Shown here: positions 19,214 through 28,610 of the stretch, piece after piece
How the letters are laid out: each line of letters opens with the position of its first letter
Position numbering within the stretch: the stretch's first letter is position 1
Assembly: GCA_963669235.2 (NCBI GenBank)
Contig: CAXXFS010000008.1
Location: forward strand, 266,945-298,944
Source of the DNA: an uncultured Filomicrobium sp.
Lineage (GTDB): Bacteria > Pseudomonadota > Alphaproteobacteria > Rhizobiales > Hyphomicrobiaceae
DNA: 32,000 nucleotides
Direction of reading: 5' to 3'
Made by a program: the position numbers and the translations under genes
Notes under the pieces: generated by a model
Databases searched by the model: none
What the model was told of the DNA's origin: nothing
The model's input: the letters and a program-made list of their open reading frames with translations, nothing else

Positions 19214-19260
19214 ATTTGCGGCTTCCAGCGGGCAGGTGCCGGAAGCGAAGTGATGCGACG

Positions 19261-19710
19261 TTAGTTCTTGAACTGCTCGAAGTTCTTAGCCGAAGCCGTG
19301 CTCATGGTTTCAAACGTCTGGCGAGCAACCTTCGAAGAAAGCTCAAAGAGCTCTTTGGTCTGGGCGCCGGCAACAGCAAACTGCTGCTGGAAGAAGTTTG
19401 CCTGGAGGCGGGCAGCTTCAGGAAGCGTCTTGGCGCGGGCGATCGATTCTGCAGCGTCAAAGACGGCCTGGGCGTTGACGGTGGTGTTGTGCACCATCTT
19501 GTCGCCGATTGCCTTGGCGCCAGCCTGGGCAGCGAGGAAAACTTCTTCGACGGCCTTGGCGCTGTCCTGAGCGACGACGTTCAGCTTGGTGAAAGCTTCG
19601 CGGGACTTGTTGACGCCCTCTTCGGCGAATGCCTGGAGGTTTTCCGGGATACGGGCTTCTTTGGCGGCTGCGAACATGTCTTGAGCCTGGCGGGAGAACT
19701 GTTCGTTCAT
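19261..19710 (-). CDS. Phasin family protein (PHA granule-associated)
   Basis: Start trimmed to ATG 19710, with AAGGAG 9 nt upstream. The sequence is Ala/Gln/Lys-rich and helical (FAEEGVNKSREAFTKLN, LQANFFQQQFAVAGAQTKELFEL), typical of alphaproteobacterial phasins. Confidence 0.8.
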   Translation of the reverse strand: MNEQFSRQAQDMFAAAKEARIPENLQAFAEEGVNKSREAFTKLNVVAQDSAKAVEEVFLAAQAGAKAIGDKMVHNTTVNAQAVFDAAESIARAKTLPEAARLQANFFQQQFAVAGAQTKELFELSSKVARQTFETMSTASAKNFEQFKN

Positions 19711-20049
19711 TTGAGGTTGCTCCTTCATCGGGTCTGTTGGCGTGGTTCTCGCGAATGGCGATGCGATTTGTTGGGTTCGGTTTGCAGCGGGCCCAGTGAA
19801 GTGCAGGAACAAGTAAGGGGTACTGCGGTTCCGATGATTGGCAATATAGTGCGATTAATTGTGCAGCGCAACAAAGATCTGCATGCCGGACCGCTAGACC
19901 TTTGTAGAAAAGGGACTTTGAGGGGTTTTGTGTACAGCCTATAGACCTGTACTGACGGGTGTTTCAGCGTACGTTGCGACGCAGCAAGGCGGCGCGGATA
20001 TTTGGTTCGCAAACGCGGAAAATTGCGTTTGGAGTCAGAGGTTTGCAGG

Positions 20050-21360
20050 TCAATTGATGGAGTGGAAGAGGTCGCGGTACTGGAGCGCAGAGCGATCAAA
20101 CAGGATGTCATGCGGCCGAAGGGGCCGGGCCAGCGCAAGCCCTTCCAGGGACCGGCACCGCGACAAAGCGACATAGGCCTGACCGTGAGCAAAAGTCCCG
20201 CGGCCGAGGTCGATGTATGCCCGATCGAGGGTCAGGCCTTGTGATTTGTGTATGGTCAACGCCCAGGCCAGACGCAGTGGAAACTGCGTGAACGTACCAG
20301 CGATCGTCTCGACGACCTTTTCGGTTGATTTGTCATAAGCATAGCGGCGCTGCTCCCAGGCCACCGGCTCGATTTCGTACTCGCGGCCGGATATTTCGAT
20401 CCAAACCCGGTCTTCGGTGAGCCGTGATACGCGGGCGATAGTGCCGTTGACCCAGCGCCGATCAGGGTCGTTGCGCAGCATGATGACCTTGGCCCCGGTC
20501 TTGAGGACCAACGTCGTGTCGGTGGGCTGGGCGCTTTGGTTGAATTCGCCAGTGAGGTTGGCCTGGTAGGCGCGCGGTTCTGTTTCCAGAGCCTCGAGGT
20601 AGGCGAAGTTGATGCGCTGGGCGGCGGCATTTGTCGGAGTCAGGATGACGTACGGATCGCCTTCGCTGAGCGTCCTGATTGGCGAAACACGCTGATTGAG
20701 CTGCTCAAGGTCGGATTCATCGGCGTCGCCGTCGCGAATGTGGTTGAGGACGCTGATCAGGTCTTCATCGGACTGGCGGAATACCTGATTGAGTTCGATC
20801 AGAGCGGTGCCCGGGCCCTCACCGAGCGAGGAAACAGAAAAGAAGAAGGGGCCGCCATGAGTGGATTCCAGATGCTCGGCGACTTCGGCTTCCTGGACCA
20901 CGGGTGGAAGCTGATGGAGATCGCCAAACAGAACCAGCCGGCAGCCACCGAAAGGCTCGCGGGCGCGGCCGCGATTGAGGCGCAGGGACTGGTCGATGGC
21001 CCACATCAGATCAGAGCGGACCATGGAGACTTCGTCGATGATGATGAATTGCAAGCGGCGCATAACGCGGCCATTGCGGCTTCGCTTGATATCTTCGGGT
21101 CGGATCAGACGTGGCGGCAGGCCAAAGAAGGAATGGATTGTCTGACCGCCGATGTTGACGGCCGCTAGACCGGTCGGTGCAAGAATGACCATCTCGTGGG
21201 GGAGCATGTCGCGCATGGCGCGCAACAGCGTCGATTTGCCGGTGCCGGCCCGGCCGGTGACGAACAGATGGCCGTCGTCGTTCTCGATGAAATCGAGGGC
21301 GGCCTGGTATTCATCCGTAGCGGTGAGGCCCTGCGGCCAGGGGGTGGCTAAGTCCATCAT
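20050..21360 (-). CDS. Pif1-like / RecD-like SF1B ATP-dependent DNA helicase (436 aa)
   Basis: Walker A VTGRAGTGKSTLL, Walker B IIIDEVSMV, the Pif1-type GDLHQLPPV motif, and a C-terminal ALTIHKSQGLTLD...GQAYVALSR motif. Confidence 0.8.
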   Translation of the reverse strand: MMDLATPWPQGLTATDEYQAALDFIENDDGHLFVTGRAGTGKSTLLRAMRDMLPHEMVILAPTGLAAVNIGGQTIHSFFGLPPRLIRPEDIKRSRNGRVMRRLQFIIIDEVSMVRSDLMWAIDQSLRLNRGRAREPFGGCRLVLFGDLHQLPPVVQEAEVAEHLESTHGGPFFFSVSSLGEGPGTALIELNQVFRQSDEDLISVLNHIRDGDADESDLEQLNQRVSPIRTLSEGDPYVILTPTNAAAQRINFAYLEALETEPRAYQANLTGEFNQSAQPTDTTLVLKTGAKVIMLRNDPDRRWVNGTIARVSRLTEDRVWIEISGREYEIEPVAWEQRRYAYDKSTEKVVETIAGTFTQFPLRLAWALTIHKSQGLTLDRAYIDLGRGTFAHGQAYVALSRCRSLEGLALARPLRPHDILFDRSALQYRDLFHSIN

Positions 21361-21535
21361 GAAAACCGAGTATTGGTGTTCGCGGGGAGTGTCAAAGCCG
21401 GTGACCGGATGTCAACAAGAGCCTCTCGTGAATTCCCGGAGATATGATCCGGGTGCGCTGTGGTCTTGCTCCTGGCACATCAACGGGGTCTTGTTGGGCC
21501 CTCTTCAGAGACAACCGCATCAGGAAGGAATGCTT

Positions 21536-21823
21536 ATGGCCGAATACAAACCGCGGCCAATCGATACCCGTAACGTGGAACTTGGGTCTGAACTTTCGGA
21601 GCTGACCGAGAAGCTGGCGGAGAACGCTCACGAAAACTGGGCGCAAATGCGCCTCCAGGACAGCTGGCGCTATGGTCCGCAGCGCGACGATGCAGCCAAA
21701 CTGCACCCCAACCTCGTGCCTTACGGTGAGCTTTCGGAAAAGGACAAGGATCTCGACCGGGGAACGGCGATGGAAACGCTGAGGGCCGTGCTTGCGCTCG
21801 GATATGAGATTAAGAAGCGCTAA
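21536..21823 (+). CDS. Standalone RyR (ryanodine-receptor repeat) domain protein, 95 aa
   Basis: LAENAHENWAQMRLQDSWRYGPQRDDAAKLHPNLVPYGELSEKDKDLDR matches the RyR-domain consensus as I recall it (..HE.W....GW.YG...D...K.HP.LVPY.EL.E.EK..DR). AGGAAGGA lies upstream. An alternative ATG is at 21530. Confidence 0.7.
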   Translation: MAEYKPRPIDTRNVELGSELSELTEKLAENAHENWAQMRLQDSWRYGPQRDDAAKLHPNLVPYGELSEKDKDLDRGTAMETLRAVLALGYEIKKR

Positions 21824-21835
21824 GGCCAGAACTCG

Positions 21836-23668
21836 TCAGGCCACTTTGCTTTCAGCCTCGCGCTTGCGTTCCTGCTTCTTGCGCTCGTTGGGATCGAGCC
21901 AACGCTTTCGCAGCCGAATGTTCTCCGGCGTGATCTCGACGAGTTCATCGTCGGCGATGTAGCTCAGCGAGGCTTCAAGCGACAGCTTTATGGGTGGCGA
22001 CAAGGTCAAGGCTTCGTCCTTGCCCGATGAGCGGATATTGGTCAATTTCTTGGCTTCGACTACGTTGACGATCAAGTCGTTCTCGCGCGTGTGCTGTCCG
22101 ATGATCATGCCTTCGTAGACCTTGGTTTGTGGGCCGATCATCGCGGGACCGCGATCCTGGAGATAGAACAGCGAATATGCCGTTGCATCGCCGGAGCAGT
22201 TGGATATCAAAACGCCAGTCCGGCGGCCAGGGATTTCGCCCTTGTGGGGCGCGTAGGCGTGAAAGAGGCGGTTCATGACAGCAGTGCCGCGGGTGTCCGA
22301 GAGGAGTTCGGATTGATAGCCCAGCAGGCCACGAGTCGGGACGTGGAACACGAGCCTTGTCCGGCCGCCGCCAGATGGCTTCATCTCAATCATGTCGCCT
22401 CGGCGTTCGGACAGCTTTTTCACGATAACACCGGTGTGCTCATCGTCGACGTCGACGATAACTTCTTCGATCGGCTCCAGGCGCTGGCCGGTCTCTTCAT
22501 CGTTCTTGAAAACGACGCGCGGCCGCGAAACGGTCAGCTCGAAGCCTTCGCGGCGCATGTTCTCAATGAGGATGGCAAGCTGAAGTTCGCCGCGGCCGGA
22601 GACGATGAAGGCTTCCTTATCTTCGGACTCTTCAACGCGGATGGCGATGTTGCGCTCGATTTCGCGCATCAGACGGTCGCGGATGACCCGGCTTTGGACC
22701 TTGTCGCCTTCCAGGCCGGAGAATGGTCCGTCGTTGATGCGGAAGGTCATCGACAGGGTCGGTGGATCGATCGGCTGGGCTGGGATCGCCGTGACTACCG
22801 ATGGGTCGCAGATGGTGTCGGCGACGGTAGCTTCGCTCATTCCAGCGATGGCGACGATATCGCCCGCTTCCGCCAAATCGACGGCCTTGCGTTCCAGGCC
22901 TCGAAACGCCAGGACCTTGGAGATGCGAAAACTCTCGATCAGTTTGCCATCGCGGCTCAGTGCCTTGACCGTCATGTTTGGCTTGACGGCTCCAGAGGAG
23001 ATGCGTCCGGTCAGGATGCGGCCTAGAAATGGGTCGGCTTCCAATGTCGTCGCGAGCATGCGGAAGTCGCCAGGATGAACTGTAGGAGCTGGAACATGCT
23101 CGAGGATCAGGTCGTACATCGGAGTGAGGTCGTCCTGCGGGCCTGAAGGGTCGGTTGCCATCCAGCCGTTGCGCCCGGACCCGTAGAGGACGGGGAAATC
23201 GAGTTGATCGTCGTCCGCGCCGCAGTTGGCGAAGAGGTCGAAGATTTCATTCAGGACGTCGTTGTGGCGTTCGTCGGGACGATCGATCTTGTTGATCACA
23301 ACGATCGGGCGCAATCCCTGCTTCAGCGCCTTGGTGACGACGAACTTCGTCTGCGGTAGCGGGCCTTCGGATGCGTCGACGAGGACAATGCAGCCGTCGA
23401 CCATGTTGAGAATGCGCTCGACCTCGCCGCCGAAGTCGGCGTGACCGGGCGTGTCGACGATATTGATGCGCGTGTCCTTCCAAACCAGGCTGGTGCACTT
23501 GGCGAGGATGGTGATGCCGCGCTCACGCTCGATGTCGTTGGAATCCATGGCGCGCTCGGCGATCCGTTGATTGTCGCGGAAGGCGCCTGACTGTTTTAAG
23601 AGCTCGTCGACGAGAGTGGTCTTGCCATGGTCGACGTGTGCGATGATTGCGACGTTGCGAAGGTTCAT
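21836..23668 (-). CDS. typA: Translational GTPase TypA/BipA
   Basis: Start trimmed to ATG 23668 ([21 protein letters not shown]). [12 protein letters not shown] and NKIDR are present. About 610 aa. Confidence 0.95.
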   Translation of the reverse strand: MNLRNVAIIAHVDHGKTTLVDELLKQSGAFRDNQRIAERAMDSNDIERERGITILAKCTSLVWKDTRINIVDTPGHADFGGEVERILNMVDGCIVLVDASEGPLPQTKFVVTKALKQGLRPIVVINKIDRPDERHNDVLNEIFDLFANCGADDDQLDFPVLYGSGRNGWMATDPSGPQDDLTPMYDLILEHVPAPTVHPGDFRMLATTLEADPFLGRILTGRISSGAVKPNMTVKALSRDGKLIESFRISKVLAFRGLERKAVDLAEAGDIVAIAGMSEATVADTICDPSVVTAIPAQPIDPPTLSMTFRINDGPFSGLEGDKVQSRVIRDRLMREIERNIAIRVEESEDKEAFIVSGRGELQLAILIENMRREGFELTVSRPRVVFKNDEETGQRLEPIEEVIVDVDDEHTGVIVKKLSERRGDMIEMKPSGGGRTRLVFHVPTRGLLGYQSELLSDTRGTAVMNRLFHAYAPHKGEIPGRRTGVLISNCSGDATAYSLFYLQDRGPAMIGPQTKVYEGMIIGQHTRENDLIVNVVEAKKLTNIRSSGKDEALTLSPPIKLSLEASLSYIADDELVEITPENIRLRKRWLDPNERKKQERKREAESKVA

Positions 23669-23862
23669 CGGTGTTCCGGGTGCTGCGGCCCCCGTCGGGG
23701 GCTCCTGTTTAAGCGGCGCGCGCATGTTTCCGCGGCCGGGTCTCGGTCGGGCACGTCCGCTCGTCCGTTCAGGTATTCAAGAAATTACCCTGCCGCCTAG
23801 CATATCGGCCCAGCGACGGCCAGTGGGGCTTTCAGGTGCGGCTTTGAGTTACGGCTTGGTCA

Positions 23863-24372
23863 TTAATTGTGATCATCAGGCAGGCGGGGCAAGGGGGCGA
23901 CGGCGACGCCTTCTTCTCGCAGGTCCTGAATCTCCTGAGCGGTTGCTTCGCCGCGAATACCGCGAGACTCGGTTTCTTCAAAGTGAATCTTACGCGCTTC
24001 CTCGGCGAAACGCTTGCCGACGTCGTCGGTCGTCGCCTCCACATGCTGGCGCAGTTTGCGCATCAGTTCGACGATCTTGCCGTGCTGAGGGTCCGATGAA
24101 ACCGGGGCGTACGAGTCTGAACCGGCGGCGTCGGGGGCAGGAGAAGATTCAGCCGGCAAAGGCAAATCGGCAGCTTTCGCGGGCGGTTGCGGCCGCGCGC
24201 GGCCCTTGTGAGTGACGACGCTTGGAGCCATCAACGCTTTGTCGATCTGGCTTGTTTCGCAAATCGGGCAGCGAAGAAGTTCGGCGTGTCTTTGTTCTTC
24301 AAAGGCGGCGCTGCTGTTGAACCAGGCTTCGAATTCGTGTTCGTTGGCGCAGCGAAGGGTGTACTTGATCAT
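23863..24372 (-). CDS. DUF1178 family zinc-ribbon protein
   Basis: MIKYTLRCANEHEFEAWF...LRCPICE N-terminus is typical of DUF1178. The ATGA overlap with the upstream C-N hydrolase stop suggests translational coupling. Confidence 0.75.
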   Translation of the reverse strand: MIKYTLRCANEHEFEAWFNSSAAFEEQRHAELLRCPICETSQIDKALMAPSVVTHKGRARPQPPAKAADLPLPAESSPAPDAAGSDSYAPVSSDPQHGKIVELMRKLRQHVEATTDDVGKRFAEEARKIHFEETESRGIRGEATAQEIQDLREEGVAVAPLPRLPDDHN

Positions 24373-25244
24373 TCCCTTGCTCCAGAAGCATCCGCCATAG
24401 TTTCCCTGACAAGAGTGAATTCTTCGTTGGCGCGAAGTGAGGGGACTCGGACGCGCACTTCGTCAACGAGGGCAAGGTCGATGTCCGCGGCAATGATGCT
24501 CGGCCCGACGTCGGTTTCCGCCAGAACCTCTCCCCAAGGCGACACGATGAGGCTGTGTCCGTAAGTCTTGCGCCCGTGTTCGTGTAGTCCCCCCTGGGCG
24601 GCGGCGAATATGTAGCATTGCGTTTCTATGGCGCGGGCGCGCAGTAGGGCATGCCAGTGGGCCTGACCGGTCGGTCGCGTGAAGGCTGCCGGTACCGCGA
24701 TCATTTTAGCGCCGGCGAGAGCCAGAGCCCTGAACAAGTAGGGGAAACGAAGATCATAGCAGATGGTCATGCCGAGACCGCCCCAGGGCGTTTCGGCAAC
24801 GACCGCCCGCCGGCCGGCGACGTAATTGCGGCTTTCCGAATACACCTCCCCGTTGGCCAGAGAGACATCAAACATATGAATCTTGTCGTAACGGGCCGCG
24901 ATGCTTCCATCAGGTGTGAGGAGAAAGGAGCGGTTCACGAGTTTGTCGGCGGAGTGGCGGACGGCGAGAGAGCCGACGTGAAGCCATATCGATAATTCAT
25001 CGGCGAGTTCCTGCAGATCCGCAAGTGCTTGGTTTTCACTTTCGGGTTCGGCCGCCGCAAACAACGCTTCGCGTTCGATTTCCATGACGTTCGTGACCTC
25101 GGGGGTTAGAACGTATTCCGCACCATCGGCGGCCGCACGGCGAATGAGTTCGCTTGCGGTGGAGATGTTCTTTGTCGGGTTGCGGCCGGAGCAAAGTTGC
25201 ACGAGTGCAGCGCCGAGCGTTTGTTGTTTTGGTCGAGACGTCAT
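24369..25244 (-). CDS. Carbon-nitrogen hydrolase (nitrilase superfamily, Nit-like amidase)
   Basis: The Glu-Lys-Cys triad contexts are present (LTPEV, YDKIHMFD, GMTICYDLRFP). 291 aa. Confidence 0.85.
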   Translation of the reverse strand: MTSRPKQQTLGAALVQLCSGRNPTKNISTASELIRRAAADGAEYVLTPEVTNVMEIEREALFAAAEPESENQALADLQELADELSIWLHVGSLAVRHSADKLVNRSFLLTPDGSIAARYDKIHMFDVSLANGEVYSESRNYVAGRRAVVAETPWGGLGMTICYDLRFPYLFRALALAGAKMIAVPAAFTRPTGQAHWHALLRARAIETQCYIFAAAQGGLHEHGRKTYGHSLIVSPWGEVLAETDVGPSIIAADIDLALVDEVRVRVPSLRANEEFTLVRETMADASGARE

Positions 25245-25279
25245 TATCTGCCCAGCTCTATTTCCATTATCATTATTGA

Positions 25280-25576
25280 CTAAACCGCGCCGCCGAGAAG
25301 CTCGTCAAGCCGGCCGAGGGTTTCGAGCTCGAACAGTTCGTCGCAGCCGCCAACGTGATGCGGCCCGATGAAAATTTGAGGCACGGTGTGGCGTCCACCG
25401 GCCCTTTCAAGCATTGCCGCACGTTCGTTGGGCCGCATGGTGACGTCGATCTTCCGATAGCCGATACCCTTGCGCCTCAAAAGATGTTTGGCCCGGTGGC
25501 AAAAGGGGCAGAGTATTGTCGTGTAGATGGTGACGGCGGGAGTGTTTTTATGGCCGGTAGGTTCGGTCTTGCTCAT
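25280..25576 (-). CDS. grxC: Glutaredoxin 3
   Basis: The CPFC active site (TTILCPFCHRAK), TVPQIFI and GGCDEL motifs are present. Confidence 0.9.
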   Translation of the reverse strand: MSKTEPTGHKNTPAVTIYTTILCPFCHRAKHLLRRKGIGYRKIDVTMRPNERAAMLERAGGRHTVPQIFIGPHHVGGCDELFELETLGRLDELLGGAV

Positions 25577-25691
25577 GGCTCTCCCTGGTTAATTCAGCTA
25601 TTAGATGGGCTCTGTTCACAGTTCGCAAAAGCGTCGTTGCCCGCTGCTGCGCGATGCCCGGCCGTTATTGCTAATGGCCTTTTTCGCCGGG

Positions 25692-26090
25692 CTATGTTGT
25701 CACGCGCAGATGTTCGGATACCAGCGCCACCGCAAGAATATCCACGTTGGTGGCGCTCGTGGTAATAACGTCGTCTATCAGCAATACACGGCTGCCGCAG
25801 ATTTGGGGCAGCTGTCGAGTGGGGACGCGAAAGGCGCCACGGACGTTGAGGCGGCGCTGCTCCGCCGTCAGACCGACCTGCCGTTGTGTCCGACGGGTGT
25901 GACTGAGGCACCGGGCTCTAATTGGGAGACCGGATCGGCCTGAAATCTCCTGAGCCAAGATGGCGGCCTGATGAGACGAGGTTTAGAAGCGATTGGCCCG
26001 AAGTCTGTCCGGGCACGTTCGTTTCAGGTGCGGACGCCCGTTTGCGCAACATGCTGCGACCTTGCTCGCATTATTTGTTAGGCTCTTTGC
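25692..26090 (-). pseudogene. comF: Decayed ComF-family phosphoribosyltransferase remnant
   Basis: The 88-aa TTG ORF carries the ComF C-terminal half (RTQRQVGLTAEQRRLNVRGAF...RVLLIDDVITTSAT). About 14 aa appear missing after the PRPP loop. An in-frame TAA lies at 25983..25985 inside ...RLRANRF*TSSHQAAILAQEIS. Only about 430 bp is available before the divergent methyltransferase, whereas an intact comF needs about 700-780 bp. Confidence 0.5.
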
Positions 26091-26119
26091 CTATCGCATC
26101 TTCACGGACGATCCCACGA

Positions 26120-27007
26120 ATGAGCGCGGACCCGGCAAAACCATTTGATCGAGAACTCCTGCGGCAGCGCCGAAATCGGGTTGCGATAGGGGCAGACCGC
26201 CATGACTTTTTGTTACGGCGTGTAACCGGGGACATTTGTGAACGCGTACAGATCGTTCGCCGCGGCTTCTCGAAGGTTCTCAATCTTGGCGCGCATACTG
26301 GTGTGCTGAGCCGATCTCTTCGCAAGCTGACGAATGTCGGATTGGTGGTCGACGCGGACCATTGCGATGGGCTGTTGGCGCATTGTGATGGCCCTTGTGT
26401 CCTGTGCGATGAAGAAGCCCCATCGTTCGGGCATGGTGGTCTTGATTTGGTTGTTTCAGGGCTTTCGCTGCAATTCGTCAACGATCTTCCGGGCACGCTC
26501 GTACAGGTTCGGCGGGCGTTGAAACCTGATGGTCTCTTGGTCGCCGCGTTGTTGGGCGGCGAAACCTTGAGAGAAATGCGTCACGCCTGGTTCCTCGCGG
26601 AAGAGGAGATTACCGGCGGTGCCTCGCCCCGTGTTGCGCCGTTCATCGATGTGCGGGCCCTTGGCGGGCTTTCCCAGAGGGCCCAATTCGCGTTACCGGT
26701 CGTGGATTCGGAATTTCTCACCGTGACTTACAAGACGCCAATGGCCCTCATGGAGGAACTTCGCGCTATGGGGGCCTCCAATGTGTTGTCGGCGAGGCGG
26801 CGCGTGCCAGTGACCCGCAGTCTCCTGATGAGGGCTTGTGAAATCTATCAGGAACTGTTTGCAACGGCCGACGGTCGCGTGCCTGCTACGTTTGAAGTGC
26901 TTACACTGACGGCCTGGGTGCCGGATGAGAGCCAGCCCAAACCGTTGAAGCCGGGTAGTGCAACAATCAGCATGGCGAAGGTCCTTGGAAAGAATCAGGG
27001 TCGCTGA
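26120..27007 (+). CDS. Class I SAM-dependent methyltransferase (BioC-like)
   Basis: Start trimmed to ATG 26120 (MSADPAKPFDR). The VLNLGAHTG SAM-binding motif I and LDLVVSGLSLQFVNDL are present. Divergent from comF/grxC, as in many alphaproteobacteria. Confidence 0.8.
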   Translation: MSADPAKPFDRELLRQRRNRVAIGADRHDFLLRRVTGDICERVQIVRRGFSKVLNLGAHTGVLSRSLRKLTNVGLVVDADHCDGLLAHCDGPCVLCDEEAPSFGHGGLDLVVSGLSLQFVNDLPGTLVQVRRALKPDGLLVAALLGGETLREMRHAWFLAEEEITGGASPRVAPFIDVRALGGLSQRAQFALPVVDSEFLTVTYKTPMALMEELRAMGASNVLSARRRVPVTRSLLMRACEIYQELFATADGRVPATFEVLTLTAWVPDESQPKPLKPGSATISMAKVLGKNQGR

Positions 27008-27353
27008 TGATCCTGTGATACTGGATCCACAACTACCACGTGTGGTCTAGATGCAACTAAAAACACCCCTTTTTTGCCATTTTGAGACAAGAAAACCGTT
27101 TACCAACGACTAAGAGTCTCGGGCTCTAGCCCAAATGGGTGAAGCCTTTTCCATTCTGTTTTGCTATACATTAAGCAGACGCTGAGTGCAGCTCCGGTTT
27201 GTGCAGGCGGGCGACCCATTGAGACCGAGCGTGCTCGTAATTTGCGGGCCGAGCTTGCTTTATCTCATCACCTAAAGAATGTTGGGCCGTCTGCATTCAG
27301 CGTAAACTCCTGATGGTGTAGCCGATTATTATATCAGCTAACCATAGGTGTAA

Positions 27354-27403
27354 GCGGAAGCATTGTGTGCAATTGGATTGAGCTGTTCACGCGATGCTTC
27401 CGC
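27354..27403 (+). repeat. Inverted repeat / RNA hairpin inside an ORF-poor spacer
   Basis: GCGGAAGCAT (27354-27363) pairs perfectly with ATGCTTCCGC (27394-27403). On a + strand transcript the stem extends by 6 more pairs (two of them G-U) to 16 bp, leaving an 18-nt loop. Confidence 0.55.
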
Positions 27404-27461
27404 CTCCAGCCCTTTTGCAACCGTAGGCTGATTAGCCAGCTCAGATCAGCTAAGTCTATCT

Positions 27462-27917
27462 TCAACCTAGCAAATCTCTTAGGAACGGAATCATTGGCGC
27501 GTCCGCTGGCGGCATCGGATAACGGCTGAGGTGGCTGGCGCGTACCCAGGCGATCTCCGGGTGCTCGCTAGGTTTCACCTCTCCCTCCCACTTCCGGCAC
27601 AGGAACAGCGGCATCAGCAAGTGAAAGTGCTCGTAGCTGTGACTGGCGAACGTGAAGGGGCTCAAACAGGTCTCGCAAACGGTAATGCCAAGTTCCTCGC
27701 TGAGCTCGCGCACCAGAGCAGCTTCCGGGGACTCACCTGGTTCGACTTTGCCGCCGGGGAACTCCCAGAGGCCAGCAAGCGATCTTCCCTCGGGACGCTT
27801 GCAGATCAGGACGCGGCCGTCGGTATCAACTAGCGCGGCGGCTGCAACCAAGGTGATGGGCAAGGCCTTTGGTGACTCGGCGGCGGTTTTGGAAGCCTGC
27901 GTCGCTTGATGGCTCAT
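27462..27917 (-). CDS. mutT: NUDIX hydrolase, MutT-like 8-oxo-dGTP diphosphatase
   Basis: Nudix box [24 protein letters not shown]. The ATGA overlap with the upstream tpm stop suggests coupling. Confidence 0.85.
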   Translation of the reverse strand: MSHQATQASKTAAESPKALPITLVAAAALVDTDGRVLICKRPEGRSLAGLWEFPGGKVEPGESPEAALVRELSEELGITVCETCLSPFTFASHSYEHFHLLMPLFLCRKWEGEVKPSEHPEIAWVRASHLSRYPMPPADAPMIPFLRDLLG

Positions 27918-28570
27918 GAAGTTCTCCGCGCCAGGTAGACGGTTTCGCGAAGCTTCGTCACTCCACGATTCTTCAATGCCGCATTGTCTTCGATGACTTC
28001 ATTGCTGGACAGGATCCGAAGGTCGTAGTGATCGTTGAAAAGCTCACTTACACGGGCCTCGGGAAGGGAAAACGGCGGACCGTTAATTTCCGTCTGATCG
28101 TAGCCGAGCGAAACGATCAGCGCCGGTGTATCCGGCAGCTTCTTCTTCAGCCATTGTGCATACCGGGTCTGCATTGGAGGTGGCAATGCGACCAGGCTAG
28201 CTCGGTCGTAGACGGCCGAGACCGAGGCCAGGCGTTCCTCAGGCAAGGCAAAAATATCACCGCACCAAATCTCATATGGGCCGGCGGATTTGATAATGAA
28301 CTCGCCGTGCGCTTCTTCAGCCGGTGTCAAATTCTGGCTGTCCATGAACGCATCAACCGCCACTTCACTTAGTTCAACGCCGATGACCTGGTGTCCTTTG
28401 CGTGCGAGCCATTCCATATCGAGGCTTTTGCCGCACAACGGCACGAAGACACTCGCAGGTGGCTCAACGTCAAGCTTTGACCAATGGGCTTGCAGTGCAG
28501 GGTGATAGGCTTCCCTGTGAAAGCCAATGTCACTGTTTTGCCAGCGTTCGAGCCAGAACGAGGTTTCCAT
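27914..28570 (-). CDS. tpm: Thiopurine S-methyltransferase family (TPMT/Tpm; Se/Te methylation)
   Basis: Start trimmed to ATG 28570 ([18 protein letters not shown]). [28 protein letters not shown] is typical of bacterial TPMT. Confidence 0.85.
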   Translation of the reverse strand: METSFWLERWQNSDIGFHREAYHPALQAHWSKLDVEPPASVFVPLCGKSLDMEWLARKGHQVIGVELSEVAVDAFMDSQNLTPAEEAHGEFIIKSAGPYEIWCGDIFALPEERLASVSAVYDRASLVALPPPMQTRYAQWLKKKLPDTPALIVSLGYDQTEINGPPFSLPEARVSELFNDHYDLRILSSNEVIEDNAALKNRGVTKLRETVYLARRTS

Positions 28571-28610
28571 CAAATTGCCTTGGGTTAAATGTCGGCCAGA
28601 AGTGGTGGGG

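Noticed and set aside
19862-19983. TGC-N3-GCA mini-palindromes (TGCAGCGCA at 19862, TGCGACGCA at 19975) upstream of the phasin gene, reminiscent of PhaR-type operators.
   Set aside because: The motif is only 6 informative bases and common in GC-rich sequence, no phaR gene is in the window, and I cannot verify the consensus from memory with confidence.
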